From positions 36,671,815 through 36,735,752 of the forward strand of contig NC_068997.1 in NCBI RefSeq assembly GCF_001194135.2: a stretch of 63,938 nucleotides of DNA, written 5' to 3'. The notes under the pieces were generated by a model. The model was given only the letters and a program-made list of their open reading frames with translations. It did not search any database and had not been told where the DNA came from. Source of the DNA: Octopus bimaculoides. Lineage: Eukaryota. Each line of letters begins with the position of its first letter. Positions within the stretch are counted from its first letter, which is position 1. Positions 60,514 to 63,938 of this stretch are shown in pieces. The position numbers and the translations under genes were made by a program.

Positions 60514-60656
60514 ATGCCAATCTGAACATGATTTATGTAACTCAAAGGTGTAACATTATTTAGCTTAGTTTTTCTTGAGATATAATCAACTACAGATTGC
60601 AAGGAGAATAGAGATGTTACATCTTTGAGTTACATAAAACTTGTTCAGACTGGCAT
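60514..60656. repeat. Long imperfect palindrome, about 44-bp arms
   Basis: atgccaatctgaacatgatttatgtaactcaaaggtgtaacat / atgttacatctttgagttacataaaacttgttcagactggcat. Confidence 0.85.
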
Positions 60657-60659
60657 AAA

Positions 60660-61060
60660 GAAAGCAACTGATGGTTCAAAACTATCAGGCAAGTATAAAA
60701 TATAGTGTCTACAGTTTGGCCTATATCTATGCCTTTCATGGCCACTGTTAATAAACAAGATGAGATTGTCAAGAGTTCAAATCATTGAGCAGAAGTGCAA
60801 TGTGTTCATTAGGAAATGGCTAGGTCTACCCCAAATGATGAATAGCTCAGCTCTTTATCATAAAAGGGACTCATTGCAATTATTGCCGACAGCAATTGTT
60901 GAAATAAAGCAGGGAAGGTACAAACAGTGATGAATACAGAAAGAGTAAAATGACAAAAAATAAAGCATAATCCAACAAATGTAAAAAGTCAGGAAGTGGG
61001 AAGCAGAAGCTGAAACTGGCGATATTCTCTCTTCACTTAAACACTTGAGTCGTGGTTGGT
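60660..61060 (+). mobile_element. HERO/NeSL-like (RLE-type) non-LTR retrotransposon fragment
   Basis: Manual translation: DGSKLSGKYKI*CLQFGLY..SWPLL..IEQKCNVFIRKWLGLPQMMNSSALY. Confidence 0.6.
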
Positions 61061-61363
61061 ACCACACAGATTGATTGGAAGGGACTCTGAAATGTTTGCA
61101 TTGGAGCTTCCACTGCAAATGTCAAGCAGTTCAGCATGTCGTTTCCAAATTTCTGACAGAGTAAATTGCGTCATAGTGCTGTTTTTCTCACATATGGTGT
61201 CCAACTGACCCTACCATACTGTGTAATTGACAAAATCAAAAACAATGTCCATGCGCAAAATTAAAATTATTAAAATAGCGACAATTTACTCATCGCACCC
61301 TGTATATATGCATACACACACATACATATATTTATGTGTGTATTTATGTACATGTGTGTGTAC

Positions 61364-62455
61364 CATCATCATCATTTAACGTCCCCTTTCCATGCTAGCA
61401 TGGGTTGGACAATTTGACTGGAGACTGGCGAACCAGATGGCTACACCAGACTCCAATCTGATCTGGCAGAGTTTCTACAGCAGGATGCCCTTCCTAATGC
61501 CAACCACTCCGAGAGTGTAGTGGGCGCTTTTTACGTGCCACCAGCACGAGGGCCAGTCCAGCGGTACTAGCAATGGCCACACTCAAATAGTGTTTTTTTT
61601 ATGTGTCACCTGCACAGGAGTCAGTCTAATGTTTTGTTCGCATGCCACCGGCACAAGTGACAGTAAGGCGAAGCTGGAAATGATCACGTTCAATGGTGCT
61701 TTTTAGGTGCCACCGGCACGGAAGCAAGGCTGCTGCTTTGGCAGTGATCCCGCTCGGATGGTGCTGTTAGCGCTTCACTGGCATGGGTACCAGTCATCGA
61801 ATTTGGTTCAGTTTCGATCTCACTTACCCCAACAGGTCTTCGCAAGTAGAGTCTAGTGTCCAATGAAGGTTGGTTGGCATGGGTGCCAGTTGTCGAATTT
61901 GGTTCAATTTCGATTTTGATTTCACTTGCCTCAACAGGTCTTCGCAAGCAGGGTTTTGTGTCCAAAGAAGGAAAGGTATGCATAAGTGGGCTGACTACAC
62001 CCCTGGTAAAGGCCATGGGTTATGGTTTCACTTGTCTTGCCAGGTCTTTTCACGCACAGCATATTTCTAAAGGTCTCGGTCACTAGTCGTTGCCTCAGTG
62101 ACGTTTGAAGGTTGTGCTTCACCACCTCATCCCAGGTCTTCCTAGGTCTACCTCTTCCACAGGTACCCTCAACCACTAGGCTGTGGCACTTTTTCACACA
62201 TCTATCCTCATCCATTCTCGCCAAATGACCATACCAGCGCAATCGTCTCTCTTGCACACCACAACTGATGCTTCTTAGGTCCAACTTTTCTCTCAAGGTA
62301 CTTACACTCTGTCGAGTATGCACACTGATGTTACACATCCATCAGAGCATACTGGCTTCATTCCTTGCGAGCTTACACATGTCCTCATCAGTCATTGCCT
62401 ATGTTTCACTGCCATGTAGCATGGCTGTTCATACACATGTGTCATACAGTCTGCC
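61364..62455 (-). mobile_element. RTE LINE 3' portion with tandem-repeat UTR
   Basis: [21 protein letters not shown]; tail catcatcatcatttaacgtcc. Confidence 0.9.
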
Positions 62456-62660
62456 TATCTATGTGTTTATGTGTGAGCGCATGTCTGTATGTGTATGTAT
62501 ATATACATATATGAGTGTATGCACATGCATGTGTGTGCATATATGTATACTTATGTAGCTGAGTGTATATATGCATAGATGTACATACATATGAGTACAT
62601 GTGTGTATGTATGTATGTGTATGTATGAACATGTATATAGATATAAATATGTGTGTGTGT

Positions 62661-62693
<33 letters not shown>

Positions 62694-62840
62694 AATATAT
62701 ACACATATATTTTTATATTTATATATATATATACTAACTTAAAAACTGGCCTATCAGGTGGCTTTGAAGCTTGCTCCTGTAGAGGGCTCTTCATTGGGCC
62801 TTGGGCCCAACAATGACACTTCATGCGTTGAAGTACATAC

Positions 62841-62934
62841 TAAATTTTATTAAATATGACCAATATTTTTCAAGCAATGAACAGTTTTCATCAAAACAAT
62901 GGTATAATTTGTCGACTTGGAACTTATTGCAAAG
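62841..62934 (-). CDS. Candidate coding exon: LCNKFQVDKLYHCFDENCSLLEKYWSYLIKF
   Basis: Acceptor tgtttatcatgcag| and donor |gtatgt; open frame, complex non-TE sequence. Confidence 0.35.
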
Positions 62935-63785
62935 CTGCATGATAAACAATATATTTTGTCTTCCCATTTGGAGGTCAGTACAATTTTTTTTTCTGTCTAA
63001 CCTCTTTCCTTCTCTCTCTCTCTCTTTCTGTTGATTGTTTTCAACCATAACCATCGCCACAGTTGCCATACACATGCCATTCAAACTCTGACACCACCAC
63101 CATCAATACCTTTGACTTCACTGCCTTCCCCTCTACCACCATCACCAATGTCTTTCACATTGCTTACTATCACCGTCATCCATGACCGCCTCAGCTACCA
63201 CCACCACCACCATCATTACCTTCGCCTCTGCCTCTATCACAACTAGAACTCATACTATTACTATCACTCCATTACCATCACAACCGTCAATCTACTACCG
63301 CCCTCACTGTCTCTATGCCTACTATTACTTTCACCCCGGCAAGAGAAGTAGAAGTGTCATTGAATAGTGAGAGAGGGGGGTCAAATGTGACACACAAACT
63401 CACAGATTCGTTTTGGCATTTATTATAGATATATGTATATGTATATGCATGTGTGTGTATGTATATGTGGGGATTAATTGTACATAGATATCCATGCATG
63501 TGTATGCATGACATTATATTCCTATGCGCATTTAAACATCAACATTTTACAAAAACCATTAAGAATAGATATACTTTTCTAGAAACACTATTGAGTAGGC
63601 ACACTAATTAAAAATTTCATTAACCAATGGGTACCGATTGACTAATATGGGTCTATATTAATTACATTTATAGGGGTGATGGGTACAAAGAATATATATA
63701 TATATATGTATGCATGTATGTATATATATGTGTATAAGTATATATGCATGTATATGTGTGTATGCATGTATATATGTATGTATGA

Positions 63786-63827
<42 letters not shown>

Positions 63828-63896
63828 GTATAAATTTCTGTAATTTTATTTATACCTTATAAATGAATCTTTTATTCTTTTTATTAACTATAAATT

Positions 63897-63938
<42 letters not shown>

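Noticed and set aside
9539-63827. IYIY/MYVC-rich ORFs
   Set aside because: Translations of (TA)n, (TG)n and (TATACA)n microsatellites

Overview
Eukaryotic, AT-rich, transposon-saturated DNA from a gapped draft assembly (many N runs). The repeat style (RTE LINEs ending in (GAT)n, two tRNA-derived SINE families, (TA)n/(TATACA)n microsatellites) suggests a cephalopod, probably Octopus; this is inference from repeat style only. No intact long ORF exists, and most ORF-track entries are gap or microsatellite artefacts. I read: (i) three Ty3/Gypsy elements, two with both LTRs, PBS, PPT and a 5-bp TSD, one with only 115-bp LTRs; (ii) at least five Penelope-like element (PLE) remnants, several followed by hammerhead ribozyme (HHR) motifs, including one complete-core HHR inside an inverted pseudo-LTR and a family with a CUGUUGA core variant; (iii) many RTE fragments, a CR1-group LINE whose 3' tail matches a SINE tail, a HERO/NeSL-like fragment, Helitron, Tc1 and mariner fragments, and hAT- and piggyBac-type MITEs with TSDs; (iv) small minus-strand spliced exons of an unidentified host gene that the ORF track misses, so most of the window is probably intronic. 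The most notable system is the set of HHR-carrying PLE and pLTR repeats. PLE-associated HHRs are known in general; whether these families and variants are undescribed cannot be determined without searches. Boundaries of degenerate fragments are approximate.
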